A stretch of DNA of 64,000 nucleotides, taken from the NCBI GenBank assembly GCA_041483895.1, contig JBGPGO010000011.1:64001-128000 (forward strand), read 5' to 3'. Below, piece by piece: positions 37,704 through 47,500 of the stretch (positions are counted from its first letter, which is position 1; every line of letters begins with the position of its first letter). The notes beneath the pieces are model-generated. The model was not told where the DNA came from, made no database searches, and was given only the letters and a program-made list of their open reading frames with translations. This stretch comes from Fimbriimonadia bacterium (lineage in GTDB: Bacteria; Armatimonadota; Fimbriimonadia; Fimbriimonadales; JABRVX01). Both the position numbers and the translations under genes were made by a program.

Positions 37704-40700
37704 TCAAAGTTCTTCGGCCTTTACTGCGTCCTTTTCGAATCTTAAATAGAGTACTGGCAGTACGAATAGCGTGAGCAGTGTCGCCGAGATTATGCCGCCA
37801 ATTACGACCGTGGCGAGGGGTCGTTGCACCTCTGAACCGATGCCGGTGTTGAGCGCCATCGGGATGAAGCCAAGCGCCGCGACAAGCGCGGTCATGAGCA
37901 CTGGCCGCAGTCTCTGATTTGCCCCTTCGCGTACGGCGTCCGATACTTTCAGCCCACTCTCGCGTAACCGATTGATGGCAGAAACCATCACGACGCCGTT
38001 CAGTACCGCAACGCCCGAGAGAGCGATGAACCCGACACCAGCCGTGATGCTAAGTGGCATTCCACGAGCTGCCAACGCAAATACGCCACCTGTAACCGCC
38101 AATGGTACACCTGTAAAGATGAAGACGGCGTGCTTCACCGATCCAAACGTCGTGAATAGCAGAACGAAAATTAGCGCGAGAGCGATCGGAACCACAAGAG
38201 CCAATCGCGCCGACGCCTTTTGGAGATTCTCAAACTGTCCGCCCCACGCCAAATAGTAATCTTCCGGTAACGACACCTTCGACTTTATGGCGCCTCGTGC
38301 AGCTTGGACGAAGGAGCCTAGATCGCGCCCTCGCACGTTGAGTTGAACCACTACTCTGCGCTTGCCGTTCTCCCGGCTGATCTGGGCTGGCGCATGCACC
38401 GTCGCTATCCGTGCAACGGTGGAAAGCGGTACGCCGGCACCGGAAGGAGATCTCACCTGCAGCGCCTTGATGGCTTCCACATCGTTGCGAACATCCTCCG
38501 GTAGCCTAATCGTCAGCGCGAACCTCTTGTCACCCTGGACGATCTGCCCCACAGGTTCGCCACCAAGAGCAACGGCGACCATGTCTTGGATGTCATCCAC
38601 GTTCAAGCCGAGCCGCGAAATGGCATCCCGATCTATCTCGATTTGCAGGACCGGCACTTCATCGACCTGCTCGACCTCGACGTCTTCGGCGCCGGGAATT
38701 GCCCGCACGACGTCGGCAATTTCGTCTGCCTTTGACTTCAGTGTTCTCAGGTCCTCACCGAACACCTTGATGCCAATGTCCGCCTTTACTCCGGAAATGA
38801 GCTCCGAAAAACGCATCTGGATCGGCTGCGTGTAACCATAGCCCTGCCCCCGCACAACAGACACTCTTGAATCGATTTCTTCAATCAGTTTCGCCTTCGT
38901 CATCCCCGATCGCCACATGCGCGTCGGTCTGAGCATCACAAAGCTGTCCGTCAGACTGAGGGGCATGGCGTCAAAGGCGATTTCTGGCGTTCCGCTTTTT
39001 GAAAAAACCATCGCAACCTCGGGTAACTTGAGGATCTCCTTCTCCATCGCGGTCACGAGCTTCACGGTCTCTTCGGCATCGACTGTCCTCAGTCTGACCG
39101 GCTGGACTAAGATCGAACCTTCGTCGAGTTGCGGAATGAACTCCGATCCGAGTTTGCCGAACTGCAGGAACGCCGCACCGAGCAGAAGAGCCGCGCCTCC
39201 AAGCACCACTGCGCGGCGATGCATTGCGAATCCTAGCGTCCGGCGATAAGCGCGGCTTAGGAACTCCATCAAAACGTTCCGTCCTTCGCGCGTGTTGCCG
39301 GAAAGGACCATGCTGGCAAGCGCCGGGACAACTGTCATCGTAAGAATGAGAGCGCCTACGAGAGCAAATACGACGGTGAAAGCCATCGGCTTGAACATCT
39401 TGCCTTCGGTGCCTTGTAGAGCCAAGATAGGGAGGTACACGACCGTAATAATTGCAACGGCAAACGCAGTCGGCTTAGCAACTTCGCGCGAGGACTCCCA
39501 GACCGAATGGCGAACCTCTTGGCGGGATAAGGCGCGGCCCAAGCGCTCCCGAGCTTCCGCCAAACGTCGAACAGCATTCTCAATCATTACGACCGCGCCG
39601 TCAACGATCAGTCCAAAGTCGATAGCCCCGAGGCTCATCAGATTGCCAGAAATGCCGAATTGGTTCATGCCGACGACGGCGCACATCATAGACAGAGGGA
39701 TTGCCAGAGCAACAATGAGGGCGCCGCGCAAGTTGCCAAGGAGCAAGAGCAGAATTGCAATGACGAGAATTCCGCCTTCAAAAAGGTTACGTTCGACTGT
39801 TGCGATTGTCGCATTCACTAGTTCCGAACGGTTATAGGTCGTTGTTACAGTGACGTCTTTGGGAAGCTGCTCCTTGATGTCTCGAAGCTTGGCATCCACG
39901 GCATCAGCGACAGTTCGACCGTTCGCTCCCTTCAGCATCATGACCACGACGATAAGTGTTTCTTTGCCGTCTTTGCTGCTTACTCCAGTCAGAACCGGCG
40001 TCCCAAACTTAACTCCGGCAACGTCGCGAATGAGGACGGGGACCCCTCCCTCGCTCCTAACAACAATGCGCTCGACATCGCTCTCATTTCGAGCCAGACC
40101 GACACTGCGGACGAACGTACGCTCTCCGCCTTTGTCAATCACACCACCGCCGGCGTTCCGATTGTTCCTCTCAAGCGCGGAGGCGATCTCGCTGACCCCG
40201 ATTCCACGCGCTTGCAAGGATTGTGGGTTCACTACGACCTGAAACTCCTTAACACTGCCGTCCGCGGAACTCACATCGGCGACGCCGGGGACGGTTCGTA
40301 GCTGAGGCGCGATGAGCCAGTCTTGGAGGCTCCGGAGCTCCATCGCGTTGCGCTTATCACTTTCGACCGAATACATGTAAATATCGCCAAGGCCAGTCGA
40401 GACCGGGCCAAGTTGAGGAACGTTCACGTCGGGAGGCAATTGTGACTTGACGCTACCGAGTCGTTCATTCACCAGTTGTCTCGCGAAATATGTATCGACA
40501 TCGTCGCGAAAGGTGACCGTAACCTGCGATAGACCGTATTGGCTCTGGCTTCGCACGCCCTCGACACCCGCGATGCCGGCCATCGCCGTCTCAATGGGGA
40601 ACGTGACGAGGCGCTCGACCTCCTCAGGACCCAGCCCTCCCGTCTGCGCGTTGACCTGGACCTGATTGGTAGTAATATCGGGCACTGCGTCCAAGTTGAG

Positions 40701-40799
40701 CCGTTGCCAGGAGATCGCCCCCGCACCGACTAGCACGGCAACTCCGGTGACAATCAAGAACTTTTGAGTCAAGCTAAAGTGGATCAGTCGATCCAACAT
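37704..40799 (-). CDS. czcA: Heavy-metal efflux RND permease (CzcA/CusA family)
   Basis: DAVPDITTNQVQV, GNLMSLGAIDFGLIVDGAVVMIEN, EGKMFKPMA, RLRPVLMTA, EVQRPLATVVIGG. Confidence 0.9.
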   Translation of the reverse strand: MLDRLIHFSLTQKFLIVTGVAVLVGAGAISWQRLNLDAVPDITTNQVQVNAQTGGLGPEEVERLVTFPIETAMAGIAGVEGVRSQSQYGLSQVTVTFRDDVDTYFARQLVNERLGSVKSQLPPDVNVPQLGPVSTGLGDIYMYSVESDKRNAMELRSLQDWLIAPQLRTVPGVADVSSADGSVKEFQVVVNPQSLQARGIGVSEIASALERNNRNAGGGVIDKGGERTFVRSVGLARNESDVERIVVRSEGGVPVLIRDVAGVKFGTPVLTGVSSKDGKETLIVVVMMLKGANGRTVADAVDAKLRDIKEQLPKDVTVTTTYNRSELVNATIATVERNLFEGGILVIAILLLLLGNLRGALIVALAIPLSMMCAVVGMNQFGISGNLMSLGAIDFGLIVDGAVVMIENAVRRLAEARERLGRALSRQEVRHSVWESSREVAKPTAFAVAIITVVYLPILALQGTEGKMFKPMAFTVVFALVGALILTMTVVPALASMVLSGNTREGRNVLMEFLSRAYRRTLGFAMHRRAVVLGGAALLLGAAFLQFGKLGSEFIPQLDEGSILVQPVRLRTVDAEETVKLVTAMEKEILKLPEVAMVFSKSGTPEIAFDAMPLSLTDSFVMLRPTRMWRSGMTKAKLIEEIDSRVSVVRGQGYGYTQPIQMRFSELISGVKADIGIKVFGEDLRTLKSKADEIADVVRAIPGAEDVEVEQVDEVPVLQIEIDRDAISRLGLNVDDIQDMVAVALGGEPVGQIVQGDKRFALTIRLPEDVRNDVEAIKALQVRSPSGAGVPLSTVARIATVHAPAQISRENGKRRVVVQLNVRGRDLGSFVQAARGAIKSKVSLPEDYYLAWGGQFENLQKASARLALVVPIALALIFVLLFTTFGSVKHAVFIFTGVPLAVTGGVFALAARGMPLSITAGVGFIALSGVAVLNGVVMVSAINRLRESGLKVSDAVREGANQRLRPVLMTALVAALGFIPMALNTGIGSEVQRPLATVVIGGIISATLLTLFVLPVLYLRFEKDAVKAEEL

Positions 40800-40845
40800 A
40801 TCGTTTGACCTCCCTTGGGTGGGCGAGGGATTGATGTCGCACGTT

Positions 40846-41100
40846 TCATATGTGGCTGACCCAATCTTCGTTGGCTGACCGGTCCTTGCCGATCGCCCGT
40901 AAACGGTATCGATTCAACGCGACACCTGCCCACACCAATTCAACCACACCAAATGGCCAGGCCCCTTGCAAAAAACCATAGGTCGCGGCTAGCAGGCATG
41001 AGACGGCGAATCCGAGGACGAACCACGTAGCCCGGGCCTCCATCGCATAGCAAATTACCATTGCCGTGCAGGCAAACAGACCGAATGCAGTGAGTAGCAT
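40846..41100 (-). CDS. Small membrane protein (about 3 TM)
   Basis: Hydrophobic 84-aa ORF with YGFLQGAWPFGVVELVW; starts 3 nt after the MFP stop. Confidence 0.75.
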   Translation of the reverse strand: MLLTAFGLFACTAMVICYAMEARATWFVLGFAVSCLLAATYGFLQGAWPFGVVELVWAGVALNRYRLRAIGKDRSANEDWVSHI

Positions 41101-41102
41101 CG

Positions 41103-42641
41103 CTACTCTTCCCCTTTCAACTGGTCCTTCTTGGATTCGCTGGTAAGTACGAAGGTGCCCTTGATCGCGACTACCTCGCCGTTATTGAGACTGTCAAGAA
41201 TCTCGACATAGCCGCCGTCGGCAACGCCGACGGTCACTTCACGGCGCTCAAACTTGCCATCGCGGCCGACAAAGACGACGTTCTTGTCGGCGTCCTTGAT
41301 GACCGCCGTCGACGGAACAGCGAGTACCGATCGGGATCGCCTAAGACCGATCCGCACGGTCACAAACATGTCAGGTTTGAGCGCGCCACCTGCGCCGGTG
41401 ATGAGGCACTGGACGGGCATGGTGCGGGTCTTCGGATCTAGGCGGCTTGCCACTATCGCGACGACTCCGTGAAAGGAGCGATTTTCGAGCGATGAGGCGG
41501 TAACAACGCAGTTCTCACCAAGCGATACCTTTGCGATGTCCTTCTCCTGGACGTTGGCCGTTGCCCAAATGCTTCCGATGTTCTCGATCTCCATCAGCGT
41601 TTGGGTGCGATCCACAGCCTGCCCGAGGGTTACGTCGATGTGGATAATGGTTCCCGAAACCGGAGCTATGATGGCGACTTGACCGAGAGATGTGGCTCCT
41701 CCTCCGCTGGAAGCGCGATACGTGCCTTGGGCGTTGCGGATCGCTTTTTCGGAATTGGCAAGCGCTGCCCGGGCGGCGTCAATCTTTATGATCGCCTTGT
41801 CCCGTTCTAGCTGGCTTGAGCGAACTTCGGCTTCACCAGCCTGCAGTTCGCGTGCATTGAGCAGCCCTTTTTGAGCAATGGATTTTTCACGCTCATAGCC
41901 TGCCTTGGCCAGCTCTACCCGGGCTCTGCCCTTGTCCACCCGATTCTCGTCGAGTTGAACGTCGAGGCGGGCGGTTTCCCATTCGGATTTCGAAACGAGA
42001 CCTTCTTTCAAGAGTCGCTCGTCTCGCTCCAACTGCTTGGTGTGGTAGTCCAATTGCCGCTGTGCTTCCAAGAGGTCGCTTTGAGCGTCGTTGAGTTCGC
42101 TTTGCGCCAGTTGTAGCGGTGCTTGGCTAAATGCGCCCTCCTTGGCAAGTTCACGTTGGCGCTCCAAATTCGTTTGTGCTGACTGGAGCTTTGCCTCGGC
42201 AAGCTTTGCCTCTGACCTCGACTGATTGAGGTCCGCCGCCGCCGCATCGCGTGACCGCTGGGCCTCGGCAACGGACTGCCACGACTGGGCGAGTTCCGAG
42301 GATTCAATCACCGCGAGAGTTTGGCCTTGCCGGACCACGTCGCCAAGTTGAACATTCAATCGGATCAGTCGTCCTGCGACCGGTGGTGTCACAACAGCCC
42401 GATTCTTATTCGTGCTGGTCATGACTCCGGGCACAGTCAGACTCTCTTGCATGCTCCGCAAGCCGGCCGGGGCGACTTCGATGCCAGCAATCCGCTGGGC
42501 ATTCGACGAAATCTCAATGGACTTGCCTGCGCTTTCAGCAGGATCGGGTTTGGTATCCGCCTCAGGAGTTTTCGATCCGCAACTGGACAAACCGACTGCG
42601 ACAATAGTAAGCGCCAGTAATTCAATTCGCTTCAATTCCAA
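41103..42641 (-). CDS. czcB: RND periplasmic adaptor (MFP) lipoprotein with extended coiled coil
   Basis: Lipobox LSSC; lipoyl motifs GDVVRQGQTL and IIAPVSG; LDPKTRT, LKPDMFV. Confidence 0.85.
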   Translation of the reverse strand: MELKRIELLALTIVAVGLSSCGSKTPEADTKPDPAESAGKSIEISSNAQRIAGIEVAPAGLRSMQESLTVPGVMTSTNKNRAVVTPPVAGRLIRLNVQLGDVVRQGQTLAVIESSELAQSWQSVAEAQRSRDAAAADLNQSRSEAKLAEAKLQSAQTNLERQRELAKEGAFSQAPLQLAQSELNDAQSDLLEAQRQLDYHTKQLERDERLLKEGLVSKSEWETARLDVQLDENRVDKGRARVELAKAGYEREKSIAQKGLLNARELQAGEAEVRSSQLERDKAIIKIDAARAALANSEKAIRNAQGTYRASSGGGATSLGQVAIIAPVSGTIIHIDVTLGQAVDRTQTLMEIENIGSIWATANVQEKDIAKVSLGENCVVTASSLENRSFHGVVAIVASRLDPKTRTMPVQCLITGAGGALKPDMFVTVRIGLRRSRSVLAVPSTAVIKDADKNVVFVGRDGKFERREVTVGVADGGYVEILDSLNNGEVVAIKGTFVLTSESKKDQLKGEE

Positions 42642-43831
42642 CCTCCGACGACTATTCCGGCAGCCCGGTAATCTGAGATGCTTGCTTCGGCAACCCGTTG
42701 TTCGGCCTGGACTGAACCCTCCTCGACTTCCCGCAGGGAGCGCGTCGCCTCGAGAACATCGATCAGAGTGGACGCCCCTTCCTCGTAACCGATTCGCGTT
42801 TTATCAACAAGGTTTCGGGCAGATTCCAGAATGTTACGATAGCTCTCGACTTGCGTTTTCGCGGACAGCAACTCTTCGCGAGTCGCCGATAATTCCGCTA
42901 CCGCCGTAAGCCGAATATCTTCGAGCGCCTGTTCGTTCGCTAGCGCCTTGGTTTGTGCCGATCTAACTTCGTTTCGAGCGCGTCCGAAATCGAACACCGC
43001 CCATGATAACTGTATGCGCGCACCGAAGCGAGCGCCTCCTTCATGCCACGGCAGCCTCAGTCCCTGAATCTCAAGGTCAGGCCTAACGCTCGCCTTCGCA
43101 ATACTCGCCTCGGCCTTGGCTGCTTGCACATCGGCTTTGGTGAGGAGAACGTCTGGTCGCTGGGAGATATCGACCGTTGCCAATTCACCCAATGTTGGAA
43201 AAGCGTTGACTTCCTCGGCGGCCACGGTGACTCCAAGCTGCGCAGACAGACGTTTCAGTGCGACAAACTTCTGGCTACGACGCAGATCGCTATTCTGTTG
43301 GGCGCGCATGACTTCGATTGCTGCCCGTGTTTGCTGCACCTCAGCGACCTTGCCTTCCTCGACCCTTCGGTCTACCGCCGCCTTCAGTTGTTCTGCGTTC
43401 TGTAATACGGAATCCGCCGTAATCGACAGCTTGACTGCCGAAACGGCTTCGGTCAGCGCCGTCAGCACGTCTGTCTGGAGGTCAATTAGCTCGCCGCGAT
43501 ACGCTGCTTCGGCCTGTTGGACCAGGGCCGCGCCACTCTGCCTGCCGGCTTTCGTTCGCCCAAACAGGTCAATCGGCTGTGAGATGAAGGCATCTTGGTC
43601 TGTCGATCCTATGTCGCGATCGGTCGAATATCCGACCCCAAGTTTCGTAGCCAAATATGTTCCAATGGCGCGAGCGCTGATCCTGGCTTGTTCAACCCGT
43701 AACTTTGCCGCTTGCAATTTAGGACGATGTTGCGCGGCCAACTGCAAAGCTCGTTGCGCGTCGATGGCGTCCGGTTGAGCCCATGCCGCCCGGACAAAAC
43801 AAAAACAAAGACTTATGACCGTGGTATTCAA
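42632..43831 (-). CDS. czcC: TolC/CzcC-family outer-membrane factor
   Basis: Signal peptide; QPIDLFG, RPDV, GYEEGASTLIDVLEA; TTG start with GGAGGAG SD. Confidence 0.85.
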   Translation of the reverse strand: MNTTVISLCFCFVRAAWAQPDAIDAQRALQLAAQHRPKLQAAKLRVEQARISARAIGTYLATKLGVGYSTDRDIGSTDQDAFISQPIDLFGRTKAGRQSGAALVQQAEAAYRGELIDLQTDVLTALTEAVSAVKLSITADSVLQNAEQLKAAVDRRVEEGKVAEVQQTRAAIEVMRAQQNSDLRRSQKFVALKRLSAQLGVTVAAEEVNAFPTLGELATVDISQRPDVLLTKADVQAAKAEASIAKASVRPDLEIQGLRLPWHEGGARFGARIQLSWAVFDFGRARNEVRSAQTKALANEQALEDIRLTAVAELSATREELLSAKTQVESYRNILESARNLVDKTRIGYEEGASTLIDVLEATRSLREVEEGSVQAEQRVAEASISDYRAAGIVVGGWN

Positions 43832-43835
43832 ATGA

Positions 43836-43963
43836 CTGCTCCTCCGTTTCGTTAGCTTTGGCCTAGAACGTCAGGCGGGTCAAAACCGAGCGGCTCTAGG
43901 CGAACATCAAACGATGGGAGCGAACAGGAGGGGCACGGGATAATTGCGTTCCCGGAGGAGCAG
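43836..43963 (-). promoter_or_regulatory. SD-sequestering RNA structure (translational attenuator) for czcC
   Basis: mRNA CUGCUCCUCCG (43963-43953) is an exact 11-nt complement of CGGAGGAGCAG (43846-43836), which contains the czcC SD; nested GCCUAGA/UCUAGGC stem spans the leader stop. Confidence 0.7.
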
Positions 43964-44330
43964 GTGGAAGACTGTGCGTCGATTCGACTTCGGTCGGGCC
44001 GCTCGATTTCCGTGGCTCGAGAATCGGTCCGCAGTCAACGGAGAGGCAAACTGGGTTGCCATTCCGCTGCTGGGCCGCTGCCCTAAGAGCCGCCACGTCA
44101 TGGTTACAGAATTTGAGCTGGCAGCACAACCGACAACTTGTTCCGTTCAATCCTGATATCGCGTTGTTTCCGGTTGCCAAGACAACGAGGGACATGCTAG
44201 AGCAAATTTGACATGGGGTATCGTCAGGTCCGTAGTACTCGGCCTTACAGATGTGTGCCGTTCCGAGTAGAACAAGCACCGAACAGACGAATGCCCTTAT
44301 CGCTCTCAAGTTGCTGCCGATGATTCGCAA
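43896..44330 (-). CDS. Cys-rich exported leader protein with C-terminal RAPP motif (DUF2946/CruR/CutF-like)
   Basis: Signal-like N-terminus; CQIC, CRLCC, CNH; PPAPP...SRAPP near the C-terminus; directly upstream of czcCBA. Start is TTG 44330 or 44309; TTGACA-N18-TAACCT promoter candidate at 44359-44330. Confidence 0.7.
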   Translation of the reverse strand: MRIIGSNLRAIRAFVCSVLVLLGTAHICKAEYYGPDDTPCQICSSMSLVVLATGNNAISGLNGTSCRLCCQLKFCNHDVAALRAAAQQRNGNPVCLSVDCGPILEPRKSSGPTEVESTHSLPPAPPGTQLSRAPPVRSHRLMFA

Positions 44331-44522
44331 GGTTATCGTTAATGGTTGGCTAGTGTCAACTCATTTTGTCGGGTCTGATGAGAGATCCAATGCATGTCGG
44401 GATAGCACAGCGAATGGTCCTCTTGGATACCAAGCAGTTTGGATGGTCGTGAAAGCGCGACTCGACTTGGCTCCCTTGCAGCGGGACCCCTCTGCCGCAG
44501 ATGATTTCGACCAGCTAGGCTT

Positions 44523-44550
44523 CCTATCGAAAAGAACCATTATCGATAGG
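44523..44550 (+). other. 28-bp dif-like recombination site B
   Basis: CCTATCGAAAA GAACCA TTATCGATAGG; arms are 10/11 inverted; 8 bp from the CHAT gene stop. Confidence 0.8.
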
Positions 44551-44558
44551 AGCACGAG

Positions 44559-47500
44559 CTACCTCCAATCTCCGGTCAGAGTAAACGGTGCCCAGTAGTA
44601 CGGGTGAGGATGCTTCTTCGCCGTCTCGACCATCGCCAGACGCAGAGCCTCGTCCGTCGCCTTGCCCAACTTCCGGTTTCGGTGGAACGCGACCATCAGA
44701 TCGGCGGTGGATGCGTCGCTGACCTGCCACAGGCTTGCGACAACCGAGCGAGCCCCGGCAAACGTTAAGGAGCGAGTGAGGCCCACAATCCCTTCTCCGC
44801 GTACGTTTTTGCCTTGCCCTGTCTCGCATGCTGAAAGGACGACAAGATCGGCGCTCAGATGCAGTTCACCTGCAATCTCCCACGCCTGCAACGCGCCATC
44901 GTCGTCCGTCTCATCTTCCTTGGGCTCCATTTTCGGAACAGTCAGGAGAAGGCCTGAGGACATCGGAATCAATTCGTTGAGATAGCCGTGAGTGGCTAGA
45001 TGGATGACTCTTGCGCCGGCGAGCTTGGTGCGGAGATTCGCTTCAGATGCCTCTTCGCCGATAAGCGGTTTGACGCCATAGAGCGCCGCCACACTCTTTG
45101 CTTCCACCGATGTACCAGGCAAATATGGAGGCGGACTGGCGGATCCCCAGAGGTAAGAACGCGCCGATCGATCTGGTGAATCATTCTTGGCGGATGATTG
45201 CGATCTTGTGAAGTACGCTCCTCCTAGAACGCACGCTCCTCGACCTCTTGGCGACGGCTGTGCGGCGGAGCGCGCGAAGAGGGCGATTGATGGTGTATAG
45301 GTAATCGGTATCGAAAGGCCGAGGTAGGTCCCGTTTACCCTAAACGCCGCGAACGGCACATTCCAGAGCGGGCCGTCCGGCGTTATGATGATTCGCTTCG
45401 CGTTCAGCACCATCGGACCCAGTGCCTTTGGAATAAGAATCTTGCCGAGGGTTTGCAGGTCTGCCTCTAGATTCGTGGCAGGCTTCGTGTTAGTGATGCT
45501 CTTTACTCCCCGTGCATTCTGTCCGGGGGCCATGGCAAGCCCTACTTGTACTCTGTCGACTAGCCTTCGCAGGCTATCTTCTTTCAGATTGATTACATAC
45601 GTCTTTGGTCCCCATTTCCTTCCGATCGCGATGACAACTGGTCCGTCTGGGGTGACAGCGTAACCGAGATAGAGCGAATGCGGGGGGAGGGACTTCTGAA
45701 GCTGGGCAGTCGTCAATTCGGGAACGAAAACTTCAGGACTTTGCCGTTTGATCTCTCTGGCCAGCGATTCTGCCTCCACTCGCGTCTGCGTGGCCTCCGC
45801 AAGTTCCAGATCATATCGGGCCTTCAAATCGCTCGCATCAGTTGCCCGACCTTCGCGTTTGGCAACAATCTGGCGGATGCTATCTTGCTCGGCATGCTTC
45901 ATCAGTCGGTCTTTCCTGAAAAGGAGATCTTGGTACCGCCGGTAGTTGGGAGATGATTTTGCTTTAGAGCTCAGAACCCGATCGGTTAACACCTGTCGGA
46001 GCGCCTGCGCCTGCATCTCTTGCAGGGTTGTGAACGCGGTTGCGAGCGACAGAAGGCATTGAGATCGTACCAAACGCTCGCCAATCAGGATCGTATTCAC
46101 AGCAAACGACTGACGAGACTCGTCGCCAACGGCCGAGTTTGACTGTCTTCTGACGATGCGCCAGGCTTTGCCGAACATGACCTCGGATTGCCGGATTTCC
46201 CCGCGCCGTAGAGCCAATATCCCAAGGTTGTCATAACTGACAGCTAGATCAAGACTGTCCGGCGCTTTGACCTTCCTGATCTCCAGCGCTTGGCGGAACC
46301 GCATCTCTGCGACGGCCATGTTGCCGCGATGGGATGCGGTAACACCGATATTGTTGTAACTCCTGGAAAGCTCAATGCTGCCGGGGGCTTGGCGTTCCCA
46401 GATATCAAGCGATTTCCGGTTCCAGTCGTCGGCTGCGCCCAAATCCCCTCTATCGTTTGCAACGCTGGCGAGATTGTTGTACGTATATGCGAGATCGATG
46501 CTGCCTGGCGCTTTCGACTCTCTGATCGCAAGTGACTTCCTGTGCCACGCATCTGACGCCTTGAGGTCACCGAGCGTGTCTGCATTCGTTCCGAGATTGT
46601 TGTAGATCAGTGACAGCTCCAGACTTTCCGGGAGTTTGCTCTCCCATATCACGAGGGCTCTTCGATACCACTGATCGGCGGCTTGAAAATCTCCCCGGTC
46701 CGCTGCCACGTTCCCGAGATTATTGTAGCCTCCACCGAGGCTTATGCCATCAGAATCATTTTTCTGCCAGATCGCGAGGGCCTTCCTGTCCCATTCTTCA
46801 GCATCCTTAAGATCCCCGCGGACCTCGGCGTCTTGGCCGAGATTATTGTAGATTGTTGCCAGGTCCAAGCTATCCGGCGCTTTGCGATCCAGTATCGTTG
46901 TTGCCTTCAAATACCATTCGTCGCTGCTCCTAGTGTCGCCGACCAAACGTGCCCAAGCTCCGAGGTTCTTATATGTTGTTGCGAGATCCAGGCTATCAGG
47001 CGCTTTACGCTCGACAATAGCCAGGTCCTTCTTGTACCATTCCCCGGTAGCATGTTGATCCCCGATATCCCTTGCCACGTTGCCGAGATTGTTATAAATG
47101 GCACCCAGAGCGAGGCTGTCCGGCGCAATGGACTCCTGGATAGACAGGGCCCTTCGGTACCACGCCCCTGCGCCAGGAAAGTCTTTGAGTTCCTCGGCGA
47201 TTACGCCGAGGTTGGTGTAGCATGCCGCAACATCGGTGGTTCCAGGCGCCTTGCGCTCCCTAATCGCAAGCGCCTTTCTATACCACTGTTCGGCCGCGGG
47301 CAAATCTTTGCGGGCCCACGCCGCAGCGCCAAGATTATTATAACTCGCCGCGAGATCGAGGCTGTCGGGCGCTTTGACTTCCCTGATCTCGAGTGCTTTC
47401 CTCATCCATGCCTCTGCCCCATCCACGTCCCCATGTCGCCACGCCAAATTGCCTAGCGCATTCATGCTCCAAGCCTCCCAAATGCTGCGGCCCGCTGCGT

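Noticed and set aside
44332..44359. Reverse-orientation half copy of the 28-bp site (GTTATCGTTAA TGGTTG)
   Set aside because: The second arm is absent, and the sequence is explained by the TTGACA-N18-TAACCT promoter candidate.
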